64,000 nucleotides of DNA, taken from contig JAEKLQ010000027.1 of the NCBI GenBank assembly GCA_019509785.1, forward strand, positions 25,755-89,754, in the 5' to 3' direction. The DNA comes from Fibrobacterota bacterium (lineage in GTDB: Bacteria; Fibrobacterota; Fibrobacteria; UBA11236). How positions within the stretch are numbered: the stretch's first letter is position 1; each line of letters opens with the position of its first letter. The notes beneath the pieces were generated by a model. The model had not been told where the DNA came from, made no database searches, and saw only the letters and a program-made list of their open reading frames with translations. Of the stretch, positions 1-9,114 are shown piece after piece. The position numbers and the translations under genes were made by a program.

Positions 1-2343
1 CGCCTTGAGGAAAGCCAGGCCGGCGGTGGAATCGTCGTTGGCTACGGCCGGATCGAGGGCCAACAGGGCTTCCCATTCCCGGGCCGAAGATCCGTACTCG
101 CCGTTCAGGTAAAGCGCGTGGGCGAACTTATGCCGTTCGCCCTTGTCCGGCTGGTTGCGGGCGATCAAGCGGAACACGTCCACGTTGGCCTTGAGGGCCG
201 CGTCTTCTTCGATGAGGCCGGCGAAAGCGCGCGCATAGGACACATTGGTCGTTTCCAGATGATAGGCCTTCTCCAAGGAGACGTCCGCGCCTTCCCGCCC
301 GAGCTTGGCCTGGCTCATGCCCAGGCGATACCAGAACTTGGCGTCGTTGGCGAAGGATCCCGTAAGCTTGCCCAGGGTTTCCGCCGCTTGGGACCATTTA
401 CCCTGGTCGAAAAAGAAATACCCCATTTTCAGTTCATAGCCCGCCTGGTTGGCCGGTTCCAGGCGCGCCTGGTTGTCCAGCACGGCGAAATACAGATCGC
501 CGTCCTTGGCCTTGGCGGCCAGGGGTTCGACGAATTGGAGCCCGCGCTTGTCGTCGGGATGTTGCTTGGTCCATTCCTTTCCGTGGGCCAGGGCCGCGGC
601 GGTGTCCTTGGCGGCCAAATCCAGCTCGGCCAATCGCAAGTACCATTGATCGTTATACGCTTCGGACGCGATCAGATCCTGGATGGCCGCGCGCATGCGG
701 GCGGACGGCACGTTGAGGGCATCGAGCGCGGAAACGCGAATGCGTAGCACTTCCTCATCCTTGGGGTCCTTCGCCATGTAGGCGTCGGCCAGGCGCGCGG
801 CGTCCGCATTGTCCTTCACGGCGTACAGGTCCAGGATGGGTTGGCGATGGCCTTCGATGAGCTTGGCGTCCATGCGCAGCACGCGCGCATAGGCCTCAGC
901 CGCCTTTTCCTTGTTCTTGAACAGCGAATAGCCGCGTCCGACCAGGAGCAGGGCCTGGGGGGTGGGGCCGGGGCGCTGGACCAGCTTTTGTAGCAAGGAA
1001 AAATGCTTGAGGATCTGGGCGTCCGTGGTCGCCACCTGGGGCAAGAGATCGGCGTATTCCTCCTTGTCGCCCGAATTCTGCAGGGCCTTCTGCAAGTACT
1101 TGTAGGCGTTCTCGCGATCGCCCGTTCCCAGGAAGATTTTCGCCAATTGGAATTGGAAGGCATGATCGCGCGGGTTCTTCCGCTCGTTCTCCACCATGGC
1201 CGAAAGCCAGGGTCCCGGCTGCGGCCGGCCGGCCGCCAGGGCCAGCATGCGGGCCTTGGCCTCCGGCTGGGTCGGATTGAGGTCCAGTACCGCCTTATAC
1301 ATCTCCAGCGCGAGGTCGGGATGTTTCAGCTCTTCGTGCAAGCGGGCCATGGCCAGGGGATAGGCGGCGTCCTTGGGCGCCAGCGTCCGGCAGGTTTCGT
1401 AGTAGAGCAAGGCCTTATCCTTGTCCGGCTTGGACAACAGCTCGGCCAAATGCCGGTTGAACTTCAGATCGGAAGCGAAACGCCCCGCGACCTGCAGGTA
1501 GATGGCGATGGCCTTGGGAATCTCGCCGCGGGACTCGAACATGGCGCCCAACCCGCGCGCGGCCGCGAAGTCCTCCGGCATCAGCTTCAGGTATTGCTGC
1601 CGCAGCTCCACCGCCTTCGCGCTGCTCTCCCCGTACAAGCCGGAAAGCTCCAGGACCACCTTGGCTTCATCGGGGCCGCCCTTGTCCTTCACGGCCAGCT
1701 TCTCGAGGACGGGAAGCAGCTTTTCCTTCTGCAAGGGATGCCGATAGTAATCCGCCAGGAAATCGAGGCCCGCGTCGGAGCCGGCATTGCGGGCCCGGAA
1801 GCTTTCCCATTCCTTGAGCGCCTCCGCCCGGGAGCCGCCATACGAGAGCGCGATGCAGAATTTCTCCCAGTCCGCCTGGGCGGAACGGACGTCGCGCATC
1901 TGCGCGAACCAGGCCAGAGCCTTACGGTATTCCTGGAGCTCGAAGTGGGACAAGGCGAGCAGGCGGATGGCCTGCGGGGAAGGCTTGCGCAGCTTGAGCA
2001 GGGCGCGCCGCGCCTCGGCGAAGCGTCCCGCACGGTAATGAAGTATTGCCGCCGCCTCCTGCCAGGCTTCTTGCCCGGGCTTACGCGCCAGGCGGTTTTC
2101 CAATTCCACCACGAAGCCCGCCGTGTCGACGCCGATGAAGTCGCCTTTCAGGATCTTGCCCACGGTGGCTTCCACCATGCCGTCCTGATTTATCTCGCCG
2201 GACGATGATGGTGTGGTTTTGGCTTTCGCGCCCGCCGCTTGGACGGGTCGCGCCCCCGATCCGGCCAAGGCCGCGGCGATGGCGAGGATCAGCATGCTCC
2301 CGCGCAGGGAGGATTCATTGTGGAGGAGTGGGGACTGCTTCAT
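1..2343 (-). CDS. TPR-repeat secreted protein, 3' end truncated by window edge (more than 780 aa in window)
   Basis: Manual minus-strand translation from ATG at 2343 (MKQSPLLHNE...MLILAIAAALAGSGA signal-like N-term) stays open to position 1. Repeated TPR-like Ala/Leu/Tyr-rich helical repeats. Absent from the ORF track because it runs off the edge. Plus-strand ORFs 118..747 and 1003..2208 are its antisense shadows. Confidence 0.75.
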   Translation of the reverse strand, partial: MKQSPLLHNESSLRGSMLILAIAAALAGSGARPVQAAGAKAKTTPSSSGEINQDGMVEATVGKILKGDFIGVDTAGFVVELENRLARKPGQEAWQEAAAILHYRAGRFAEARRALLKLRKPSPQAIRLLALSHFELQEYRKALAWFAQMRDVRSAQADWEKFCIALSYGGSRAEALKEWESFRARNAGSDAGLDFLADYYRHPLQKEKLLPVLEKLAVKDKGGPDEAKVVLELSGLYGESSAKAVELRQQYLKLMPEDFAAARGLGAMFESRGEIPKAIAIYLQVAGRFASDLKFNRHLAELLSKPDKDKALLYYETCRTLAPKDAAYPLAMARLHEELKHPDLALEMYKAVLDLNPTQPEAKARMLALAAGRPQPGPWLSAMVENERKNPRDHAFQFQLAKIFLGTGDRENAYKYLQKALQNSGDKEEYADLLPQVATTDAQILKHFSLLQKLVQRPGPTPQALLLVGRGYSLFKNKEKAAEAYARVLRMDAKLIEGHRQPILDLYAVKDNADAARLADAYMAKDPKDEEVLRIRVSALDALNVPSARMRAAIQDLIASEAYNDQWYLRLAELDLAAKDTAAALAHGKEWTKQHPDDKRGLQFVEPLAAKAKDGDLYFAVLDNQARLEPANQAGYELKMGYFFFDQGKWSQAAETLGKLTGSFANDAKFWYRLGMSQAKLGREGADVSLEKAYHLETTNVSYARAFAGLIEEDAALKANVDVFRLIARNQPDKGERHKFAHALYLNGEYGSSAREWEALLALDPAVANDDSTAGLAFLKA

Positions 2344-2496
2344 GACGGACTACCTCGAATTGCGGTAAAAACACACGGAACTGGCCTGGAGGAAGGCTTT
2401 CCCATTATGGCACCGGAGGCTCGGATGTCAAGTTCAGGGGCGGAGTTAACCAGTGCCAGACCCGGCAAGGCGATTGGTTTTTTTGAGCGTGGTTTC

Positions 2497-2526
2497 TTGT
2501 TTTATCAGAAAGCAGCGTCCTATAAT
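2497..2526 (+). promoter_or_regulatory. Sigma-70-like promoter (TTGTTT-18nt-TATAAT) upstream of small ORF 2542..2784
   Basis: Sequence shows ttgttt at 2497-2502 and tataat at 2521-2526 with an 18-nt spacer. ATG lies about 16 nt downstream, with a possible AGGA Shine-Dalgarno. Confidence 0.4.
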
Positions 2527-2541
2527 GATGGCAGGAATAGC

Positions 2542-2784
2542 ATGGAAACCGTTTTCGACCACGAGCCCTCTCCCGAAGAATTGAAATACCTGTTCCTATC
2601 GGGCCGGTCCCCGGAAGATCATTTGGCCGCCATCGTGGATCAGGAAAGCGAATACGGGAATATTTACGCCCTGTACATGATCCGCGGGAACCGGGAAAAG
2701 GCCTTGGAATACCTCAATCGGATCCGGAATCCGAAAGAGCGGTTCCATCGCAAGCCGCCCGAATCCGGCTCCTTGGGCCCTTAG
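2542..2784 (+). CDS. Small hypothetical protein (80 aa; METVFDHEPSPEELKYLF...)
   Basis: Internal Met of ORF 2239..2784. The upstream part of that ORF overlaps the TPR gene start, so the later start was chosen. Preceded by the TATAAT box. No recognisable domain. Confidence 0.4.
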   Translation: METVFDHEPSPEELKYLFLSGRSPEDHLAAIVDQESEYGNIYALYMIRGNREKALEYLNRIRNPKERFHRKPPESGSLGP

Positions 2785-2877
2785 CGTTTTTGGTTTGGGT
2801 CCTAGGGAATTATCAGGCTTGCGCGTGACGCAGAGCACGTCGAAATCCCGACCCACCTGGGAAAATATCCTTACAGT

Positions 2878-3657
2878 ATGCTCACCCTCATGGATACCCC
2901 TCCGTTCCTGGAGGAGATGGAAAAGAAGGCCAAGCAATTAGGCCAGTCCCTCGCGGCCTCGCTCCAGGGAAAAGGCCAGGTCCGCGTCTTGACTCGGGAC
3001 TCGGAATTGCTCACGGTCGCCCCGACTTCCCTGATCCGCATCGTCAAAGGCGTGTTCCGTTGCCAGCATGGCGAGAAAACCATCCGCCTGTATTCCAGCG
3101 GCGATCTGCTTTTGGCTCCCGGCTGCGGAGAAGCCGGCGGGCTTTCCATCACGAGCGAATTCGGATCCGAAGTGCAAGTGGTGGCGAAGGAAGACTTCCT
3201 GCTGGCCCTCTCATCCGATGCGGATTTGCTATCGGACTGGCTGGCTTACCAAGCCTTGGAAAGCCGCATCGTGCATCTGCTCTGCTCTCTCTACATCGCC
3301 GAGGATATCAAGCACGAACCGGAGATCCGCCAATACCAGGAAGGCGAGATCATCATCCGGGAGAACGATCGCCCGAACGAGGTCTACGAAATGCTGAGCG
3401 GTACGGCCTCGGTGACCGCGCGCGGCTTCAGCCTGGCCAAGATCAAACCCGGCGAAGTGTTCGGCGAACTGAGTTTCTTCACCGGCCTCAAGCGCACCGC
3501 CACCGTATTGGCCTTGGAGCCCTGCCTGGTCCAGGTGATCGATCAGCAGCAATTCCTGCGCATCATGAAATACCGCCCCGCCATGGTGGACGGGCTTATC
3601 CGCACGTTGTGCCATCGCTTGGTGGATCTGAACGTCAAGATCAGCACCCCGGGCTGA
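2878..3657 (+). CDS. Cyclic-nucleotide-binding (cNMP) domain protein, no recognisable output domain
   Basis: C-terminal half carries the classic cNMP-binding signature (GEIIIRENDRPNEVYEMLSGTASV...GEVFGELSFFTGLKRTATVLALEPCLV). The N-terminal half looks like a degenerate second cNMP-like beta-roll. No HTH. Confidence 0.75.
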   Translation: MLTLMDTPPFLEEMEKKAKQLGQSLAASLQGKGQVRVLTRDSELLTVAPTSLIRIVKGVFRCQHGEKTIRLYSSGDLLLAPGCGEAGGLSITSEFGSEVQVVAKEDFLLALSSDADLLSDWLAYQALESRIVHLLCSLYIAEDIKHEPEIRQYQEGEIIIRENDRPNEVYEMLSGTASVTARGFSLAKIKPGEVFGELSFFTGLKRTATVLALEPCLVQVIDQQQFLRIMKYRPAMVDGLIRTLCHRLVDLNVKISTPG

Positions 3658-3662
3658 TCCGA

Positions 3663-6479
3663 TCAGCGTATATTCGCCAGTTTCCCCTCCAAGGATTCCG
3701 CTTCCCCGTTTCCGCCCTTCGGAGCCACCGTGAGCCGGTAGAACGCCACGCCCTTGTCCCGCGGACGGACTCGCAGGTCCAGCGCCCCCGCGGCCGCCAG
3801 GCGATCCACCGATGCCGATGTCCGGCCCGATATCCCGAACAGTTCCAAGCGAACGCGCGCCGGGCGGGCGAACTCCACGCGGAACAGGGCGCTGCCATCG
3901 GGCCCCAACGCGGCCCTGGGACGGGAGGAGAGGAGCGGTCCATCCGGGCGCGGGAGCGTCCCAACCGGTGATTCGGAGTCGACCCACAGGCCGTTGCCGA
4001 AGAGTCCCGCATACAGGCGGCCATCGGCCACGGCGAGGGCGGTCATATCGTCCTTGGGCATGCCCGCCACGGTGGGCTGCCAATCCGAGGCCGACGCCGG
4101 CCAATAGGAGACCCCGGACCCTGAGGCTGCGGCCACCGTCTGGCCGTCCCCGGCGACGAAATCATGGGGCCCCGATCCCGGGAGTTTCACGGCGGACCAA
4201 AGTCCTCCCGGCAGGGGAAAGGAGTAGGACCCTTCGCCATCGCAGGCGTAGACGGCATTGGCGCCCCGCGCCAGGCTCCAGGCGTCCTCCTGGTCGTTCG
4301 GCTTTCCCATCCCGCTCCATCCTTTCGCTCCTGCGGTATCGATGGATTGCACTACTCCGAACCCGTTCGCCACGCTCAGATACAGGGATTGGAACCCCGC
4401 GGCCATTCCCAGATGCCGTCCGTACAATTGGTATTCCCCGGGAGGTTGCGACGGGAAGCCTAAAGCCCAGGATTTCCCGGAGTCGGAGGAAGACCACAGT
4501 CCCGCCTCCCACGAGTCGGCGAAGAAACGGCCCTGGCGATAGGCCAGGGAACGGACCGTTGGCGGGCCCGCCGGGATGGCGGACCAATGCGCTCCCCAAT
4601 CGGGGCTGCGGAAGAGGCCCTGGCGGGTGGCGAGCACCAGGTTCGAACCCGAGGCCGCGATCGCCTTCAGGCCCGTCGAATACAACCCCGCTCCGGGGGC
4701 CTCGGTCCAGGCGGCCCCGTCGCGGGTGCTCCACAGCCCTCGTTCCGTGGCCGCATATAAACGCCCGCCCAGCGTATCGAGCGCGAAGACCTTGGCTTCG
4801 CCCTTCCCGAACACCGGCTTGCCCCAATTCGTCCCGGCATCGGAAGAGGCGTACAGGCTATCCCCCGTGATCGCGAAGACGGTTTTCCCGAAACCGACCA
4901 GGGCCGTGAACGCGGGACGCGCCAAGAGGGAAGGGGCCCAGGTCTGCCCTTGGTCCCGGGAGGCGAGCAGATTGACGCTATCGGTCTTGAAGATCGAGTT
5001 CCCGATCTGCGCCTGCAGGTGGAAGCCCTCCTGGGTCAGGAAAACCGAATCCGGTTCCCACGTGCGTCCCTCGTCCCGGGAAAACCAATATCGTTGGTAT
5101 AGGTATTCGTAGCCGGCGAGGACGTACTTTCCCGACGCGAACAGATGATCGGGATAGGGTCCGGTCGAGGCGGCCCAGGGCCCGCGCAGCGTTTGCCAGG
5201 TCTTCATCCCGTCGCGGGAGACCAGCAGGGTGTCCTGGGAATAGGGACCGCCGTCGCCGCGGATTTCGAACGCGGCCGTGGACGAGAAGGCGAGAATGCC
5301 GCGGTTGTCTTCGTTCCAGGGCGACCAAGTCCGCCCGGTGTCGTCGGAGAAGGACCAGTGGCCGGCTTGATCGCTGCCCAAGGCGAAGATCCGGTTCCCG
5401 TGGACTACGAAATTGCCGGCCCCGGCAAGACCTTCATCCGAATGCGTCCAGTGGGCGCCCAAATCGGTGGAACGGTACAAGACGCCTCCCGGGCCTGAGC
5501 CCCGGGCGAACAATATATTCCCAATGGCGAAGACCGAATCCACGTAATAGCCGGTGCCTGTCCCGGGAGTAGCCGTATAGGAGGGGAGCCCTTCGTTCCG
5601 CGCTTGCCAAGTCTTGCCCGTATCCGTGGACATGTAGACGCCCGCGGAGCGGACGATCCCGCCCCAGCTGCCGCTGGTGAACAAGGTCTTGCCCACGACC
5701 GCCACGCCGCTGGCCCGGAAGTAACCCAATTGCGGGTCGTCCGGGACCCCGCGCGGGAGATCTTCCGCGGTTTTCTCATCCCACATTACCAGACCCTCCG
5801 GGCCCTCCGACCAGAGGCGTCCCAATTTCCGGTCGATCCAGCCAGGAATGCTATTACCGGTGCGGTCGTAAAAACGCGAACCGACTCCCCAAGTCCGGCC
5901 CGAATCATACGAACTGGCACAGGCATTCCATCCGCAGGCATAGAGCAGCGAACCGTCCTGGAAAAGGGAGTTCGCATCCATCCCCAATCCGTAATCGTCC
6001 TGGAAGAAGGGCGGCGGCGTCCTCCAGGTGGCCCCTTTATCTTCGGAGAGACGCGGCACTCCGTCGGCGGCGCCCGCCATGATCCGCTTCGCATCGCCCT
6101 TGAGCCGCTCGATCGATCCCATATCCCGGTTCAGCCTTTTCCAGTTGGACCCATTGTCGCAGGTGGAAAAAAGGCCGGTGGCCGCGGTCGCATACAGGCA
6201 ACCGGCGGCGGAAAACAGGCGTCCGCCGGTGCCCGGGAAACGTGCATCGCGGGGAAAGCCCGGCGGCCGAGTCGAAGACCAGGTTTTGCCCGAATCCAGG
6301 GACCGGAACATCCCCTCGGGGGTCGTCGCCCAGAGGGCGCCGCCATGGGCGGCGATGGACCAGATGGGATCGTGGGAGGAAGAATCCAGCGGCGGAAGCG
6401 GGAGGGCTTTCCAATCCGCATGGCAACCCAGCATGCCGGCAAGAATCACGGCGGCGATACGATCGGTTGATGTTCCCAT
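3663..6479 (-). CDS. BNR/Asp-box repeat lipoprotein (glycoside-hydrolase GH74/sortilin-like beta-propellers) with T9SS-type C-terminal domain
   Basis: At least 13 S-x-D-x-G-x-T-W motifs (SLDSGKTWS, SEDKGATWRT, SYDSGRTWGV, STDTGKTWQA, SDDTGRTWSP, SRDEGRTWEP and others). N-terminal signal with LAGMLGC lipobox. C-terminal segment ...ARVRLELFGISGR...GVAFYRLTV resembles the Por/T9SS sorting domain, followed by a 20-aa tail. Confidence 0.8.
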   Translation of the reverse strand: MGTSTDRIAAVILAGMLGCHADWKALPLPPLDSSSHDPIWSIAAHGGALWATTPEGMFRSLDSGKTWSSTRPPGFPRDARFPGTGGRLFSAAGCLYATAATGLFSTCDNGSNWKRLNRDMGSIERLKGDAKRIMAGAADGVPRLSEDKGATWRTPPPFFQDDYGLGMDANSLFQDGSLLYACGWNACASSYDSGRTWGVGSRFYDRTGNSIPGWIDRKLGRLWSEGPEGLVMWDEKTAEDLPRGVPDDPQLGYFRASGVAVVGKTLFTSGSWGGIVRSAGVYMSTDTGKTWQARNEGLPSYTATPGTGTGYYVDSVFAIGNILFARGSGPGGVLYRSTDLGAHWTHSDEGLAGAGNFVVHGNRIFALGSDQAGHWSFSDDTGRTWSPWNEDNRGILAFSSTAAFEIRGDGGPYSQDTLLVSRDGMKTWQTLRGPWAASTGPYPDHLFASGKYVLAGYEYLYQRYWFSRDEGRTWEPDSVFLTQEGFHLQAQIGNSIFKTDSVNLLASRDQGQTWAPSLLARPAFTALVGFGKTVFAITGDSLYASSDAGTNWGKPVFGKGEAKVFALDTLGGRLYAATERGLWSTRDGAAWTEAPGAGLYSTGLKAIAASGSNLVLATRQGLFRSPDWGAHWSAIPAGPPTVRSLAYRQGRFFADSWEAGLWSSSDSGKSWALGFPSQPPGEYQLYGRHLGMAAGFQSLYLSVANGFGVVQSIDTAGAKGWSGMGKPNDQEDAWSLARGANAVYACDGEGSYSFPLPGGLWSAVKLPGSGPHDFVAGDGQTVAAASGSGVSYWPASASDWQPTVAGMPKDDMTALAVADGRLYAGLFGNGLWVDSESPVGTLPRPDGPLLSSRPRAALGPDGSALFRVEFARPARVRLELFGISGRTSASVDRLAAAGALDLRVRPRDKGVAFYRLTVAPKGGNGEAESLEGKLANIR

Positions 6480-6730
6480 TCGGCCTCCAAATCATCGTGT
6501 GATTCGAGCAATGCCTATGCCAATGATGATTGTAAGTAGAATCCGGGGGATTCCGCAGCGTAAGTCCCCATTAGATGCGGGACGATCAACAATTGCATCC
6601 CCTCGCCGATCATTCCGCAGACATCGGGCATCCCGAGGGAATCTGGGCCGGTGGGGAATGTCTGCTCCTGGCGTCGGATAGAGCCGCCTTGCCCTCTATG
6701 GGCGGGGCGACTCGGAGCGAAAGCGGGTTG

Positions 6731-8119
6731 TTAAGGAACCCTCTCGAACAAAACGCCCCGACCCTCCGCATCCCAGGTCACGTGGGCTTTCCGCCCTTCG
6801 CGATCCACGATGATCACGTCCAAGGCCTTCGCCTTCAACGTTCCGTCCAGGGTAAGGCTGGTGCCGTCGCGGTAGTCGATCGCCATCGACAGCGCCCCGT
6901 CTTCCGGAGGCGCGCCCGAGGGAATGGGCTTGGATGAGATGAAGCTGAATTCCGCCCGGCGTTCGTCGCCGCTCTTCTGCGTCGACACCGCGCGGATGGC
7001 GTAGACGGTATCGTCGAGCGGGCTATCGAAATCGGCACCCAGTTTCATGGTCAGGCGCACGTGGAGGGTGTCCAGCGAATCGGCGGCGGCCGTGCCCACC
7101 GTGGAGAAATGGGCGATGACGGTATCGCGCATGTCGAAATCCGGGGCGCCGTCCCGGGACAAGACTTCGCCGGTCGAAACGCGATGGGCCGGGTCTTCCA
7201 TTTCGAAGCGGACGCGCCGCACTTCCTTGGCGTCCACGTGGTAACGGACCACCATCCGCAAGAGGGCGCGCGTCCAGAGCGCATCGGGATGATCCGCGGA
7301 AGGTCCCTTCTGATACAAATCCAAATCCACCACCGAGGCTTTGCCGTTGTCTATGGCTACCCCGTCGCTGTCGGCATCGGCGTATGAAGCGAGCGCCAGG
7401 GTATCCGGGCCCTGCGTTTTCGTCCAGGACGCCGTGTAGGTCAGGTTGTCGGGCTCGGTGGAGAAATCGTTGTCCGGCCCCGGTCCCACCGTGAGCACGG
7501 TCTTTTCCAGAACGCCTTTGTCCAAGGCGGTCAATACCAGCGAGGCCCGGGAGGATCCGCCCGACACGGGATTGACTATCCCGTCGCCGTCGGCATCGGA
7601 GATTTCGGCCGTCTCGATGCGTCCGGAAACGAAAGTCGTGACGCTCTTGACGTGGATGATGGTCTCGTTGCCCTTGATGGTATCGAGCGCCTTCGCATCG
7701 AGGCAGACTTGTACGCTATCCTTGGTGTAAAGCTTTTCCGGCGCCAGTTTCGCGAGGGAGTCGGTCCAGGTGGCGACCAATCCGGTACACCCGGCCGCCG
7801 CTTTCGCCAGGGCATGCGCCGCCTCGAAGCCGTTCGCGGCTTCCTTGGCGACGGCCAGCTTCGCGGCCGCCACGATGAAGCCGCCGGCCGTTTGCAGGCT
7901 GTCGCCCAGGTCGGGCACGCCCAGGTCGCCCGACTTCTTGCCTTCGTCCAGGAATCCGCTTACGCGGGCGTAGACGCTGTTGGGGAATTCATCCACCCCG
8001 GCGTGCTTTTCGCCGCCGACGATGCAACCTAGGAGGCATAGGGCCGAGACGATGGCGGACAGGGCCGCTGCGCGGCGCGCCGGAGACGGGAAGCGATTGC
8101 CTGAGGATCGAGCGTCCAT
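6731..8119 (-). CDS. Hypothetical lipoprotein with DxDxDG calcium-binding-like motifs
   Basis: Signal peptide plus lipobox (ALCLLGC). DADGDGIVN and DADSDGVAIDNG motifs. No catalytic family recognised. Confidence 0.55.
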   Translation of the reverse strand: MDARSSGNRFPSPARRAAALSAIVSALCLLGCIVGGEKHAGVDEFPNSVYARVSGFLDEGKKSGDLGVPDLGDSLQTAGGFIVAAAKLAVAKEAANGFEAAHALAKAAAGCTGLVATWTDSLAKLAPEKLYTKDSVQVCLDAKALDTIKGNETIIHVKSVTTFVSGRIETAEISDADGDGIVNPVSGGSSRASLVLTALDKGVLEKTVLTVGPGPDNDFSTEPDNLTYTASWTKTQGPDTLALASYADADSDGVAIDNGKASVVDLDLYQKGPSADHPDALWTRALLRMVVRYHVDAKEVRRVRFEMEDPAHRVSTGEVLSRDGAPDFDMRDTVIAHFSTVGTAAADSLDTLHVRLTMKLGADFDSPLDDTVYAIRAVSTQKSGDERRAEFSFISSKPIPSGAPPEDGALSMAIDYRDGTSLTLDGTLKAKALDVIIVDREGRKAHVTWDAEGRGVLFERVP

Positions 8120-8123
8120 GGCT

Positions 8124-8957
8124 TCAGGTCTCCTTCACGTGGCTGCGGGGGAAATGCTGGATGTTGAATTGCATGACGCGATCAGGCTTCTCTTCGCGCT
8201 TGGCCAAGGCGATGATCTCTTCGCGGAACTTCTCGATGCGGCGCTGGATTTCCTGGAAGGTCTCCTTGCCGACGGTGAGCAAGGCGGAGTAGATGTAGCG
8301 CTCTTCCTTGGGGAACATGAACAGCGCATCGGCGGCCTGGATCACCCATTCGCGGTTCAGGCGCTTGACCAGATCGCCCATGGAAGGCGCGGGCTCCTGG
8401 TTCTTGTTCGCGGGATGGTACCTTCCGTCCGGCGCTTGCGCCACCAATCCCCATTCGCAAAGGTCGCGCACGCATTTCTTCAAGGTGGCCACGGGAATGG
8501 TCGGCCGGATGAAATGGGCCAGGGCATCGTAATCGCCGCGGAAGTCGAAGACCTGGATGGCGGCGCGGACCAGCGGGTAATGGTAATCCTGGTAGTACTT
8601 GCTGTTGATCGGGTTGAGCCGCACGAAAGAAGAACGGTTGCGGCGGAACAACATCTGCCGATAGAGATCGTCGCGCTCTTGGGGATCCTTGCTCTGGCCG
8701 TAGGCGACCAAGAGCTTGAAGTATTCGGCTTCGCCGGCCTTGAGGCCGAAGGCGGCGGCCAGTTTGTCTTGGGCGGAGTCGCTTAAGGTGCGCCGGCCCT
8801 TGACCACATCGTTGAAGAAGCCGGGATTGCTGAAGCCGGCGTCGGCGGCCAGGCGCCTATGGGTGTACTTCCCGCCATCCTCGGCGGGCGCCTTCCGCTT
8901 TTCGGCGAAAGAGTCGGCGAGGAATTTCCGGTAATCCTCGTATCCGTAGACGTCCAT
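8124..8957 (-). CDS. TIGR02147-like family protein (Fibrobacter-type paralogous family), putative regulator
   Basis: N-terminal YEDYRKFLADSFAEKRK...GFSNPGFFNDVVKGRRTLS matches, from memory, the conserved start of TIGR02147 proteins (YxDYRxFLxDxFxxRK...FSxR.FA...GFSSP.FL..V..GKRNL). 4-nt gap to the downstream lipoprotein gene. Confidence 0.5.
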   Translation of the reverse strand: MDVYGYEDYRKFLADSFAEKRKAPAEDGGKYTHRRLAADAGFSNPGFFNDVVKGRRTLSDSAQDKLAAAFGLKAGEAEYFKLLVAYGQSKDPQERDDLYRQMLFRRNRSSFVRLNPINSKYYQDYHYPLVRAAIQVFDFRGDYDALAHFIRPTIPVATLKKCVRDLCEWGLVAQAPDGRYHPANKNQEPAPSMGDLVKRLNREWVIQAADALFMFPKEERYIYSALLTVGKETFQEIQRRIEKFREEIIALAKREEKPDRVMQFNIQHFPRSHVKET

Positions 8958-9114
8958 ATCCGCAGTATAGCCAAAACCCGGTAGGAAATGAAGTCGTTTT
9001 AGATTCAGGATTACAGAAAGTGGGATAATATTCCAAAAATAGAGGCAAAAACCCTCATAATTTGAGGAATTACTTAGGAAGAATGATTACGGAATGAGAG
9101 AGGGAAAGTCGGGT

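Noticed and set aside
118-2208. Plus-strand ORFs 118..747 (209 aa) and 1003..2208 (401 aa)
   Set aside because: Arg/Gly/Leu-rich translations typical of antisense reading of a GC-rich gene. The opposite strand encodes a continuous TPR protein open to the window edge with a signal peptide.
3060-6681. Numerous overlapping ORFs (for example 3060..3971, 3229..4104, 3812..4870, 5604..6470, 6028..6681) inside the BNR-repeat gene
   Set aside because: Frame-shadow ORFs in high-GC DNA with Pro/Arg/Gly-rich low-complexity products. The 938-aa minus-strand ORF carries 13 regular Asp-box motifs and explains the region.
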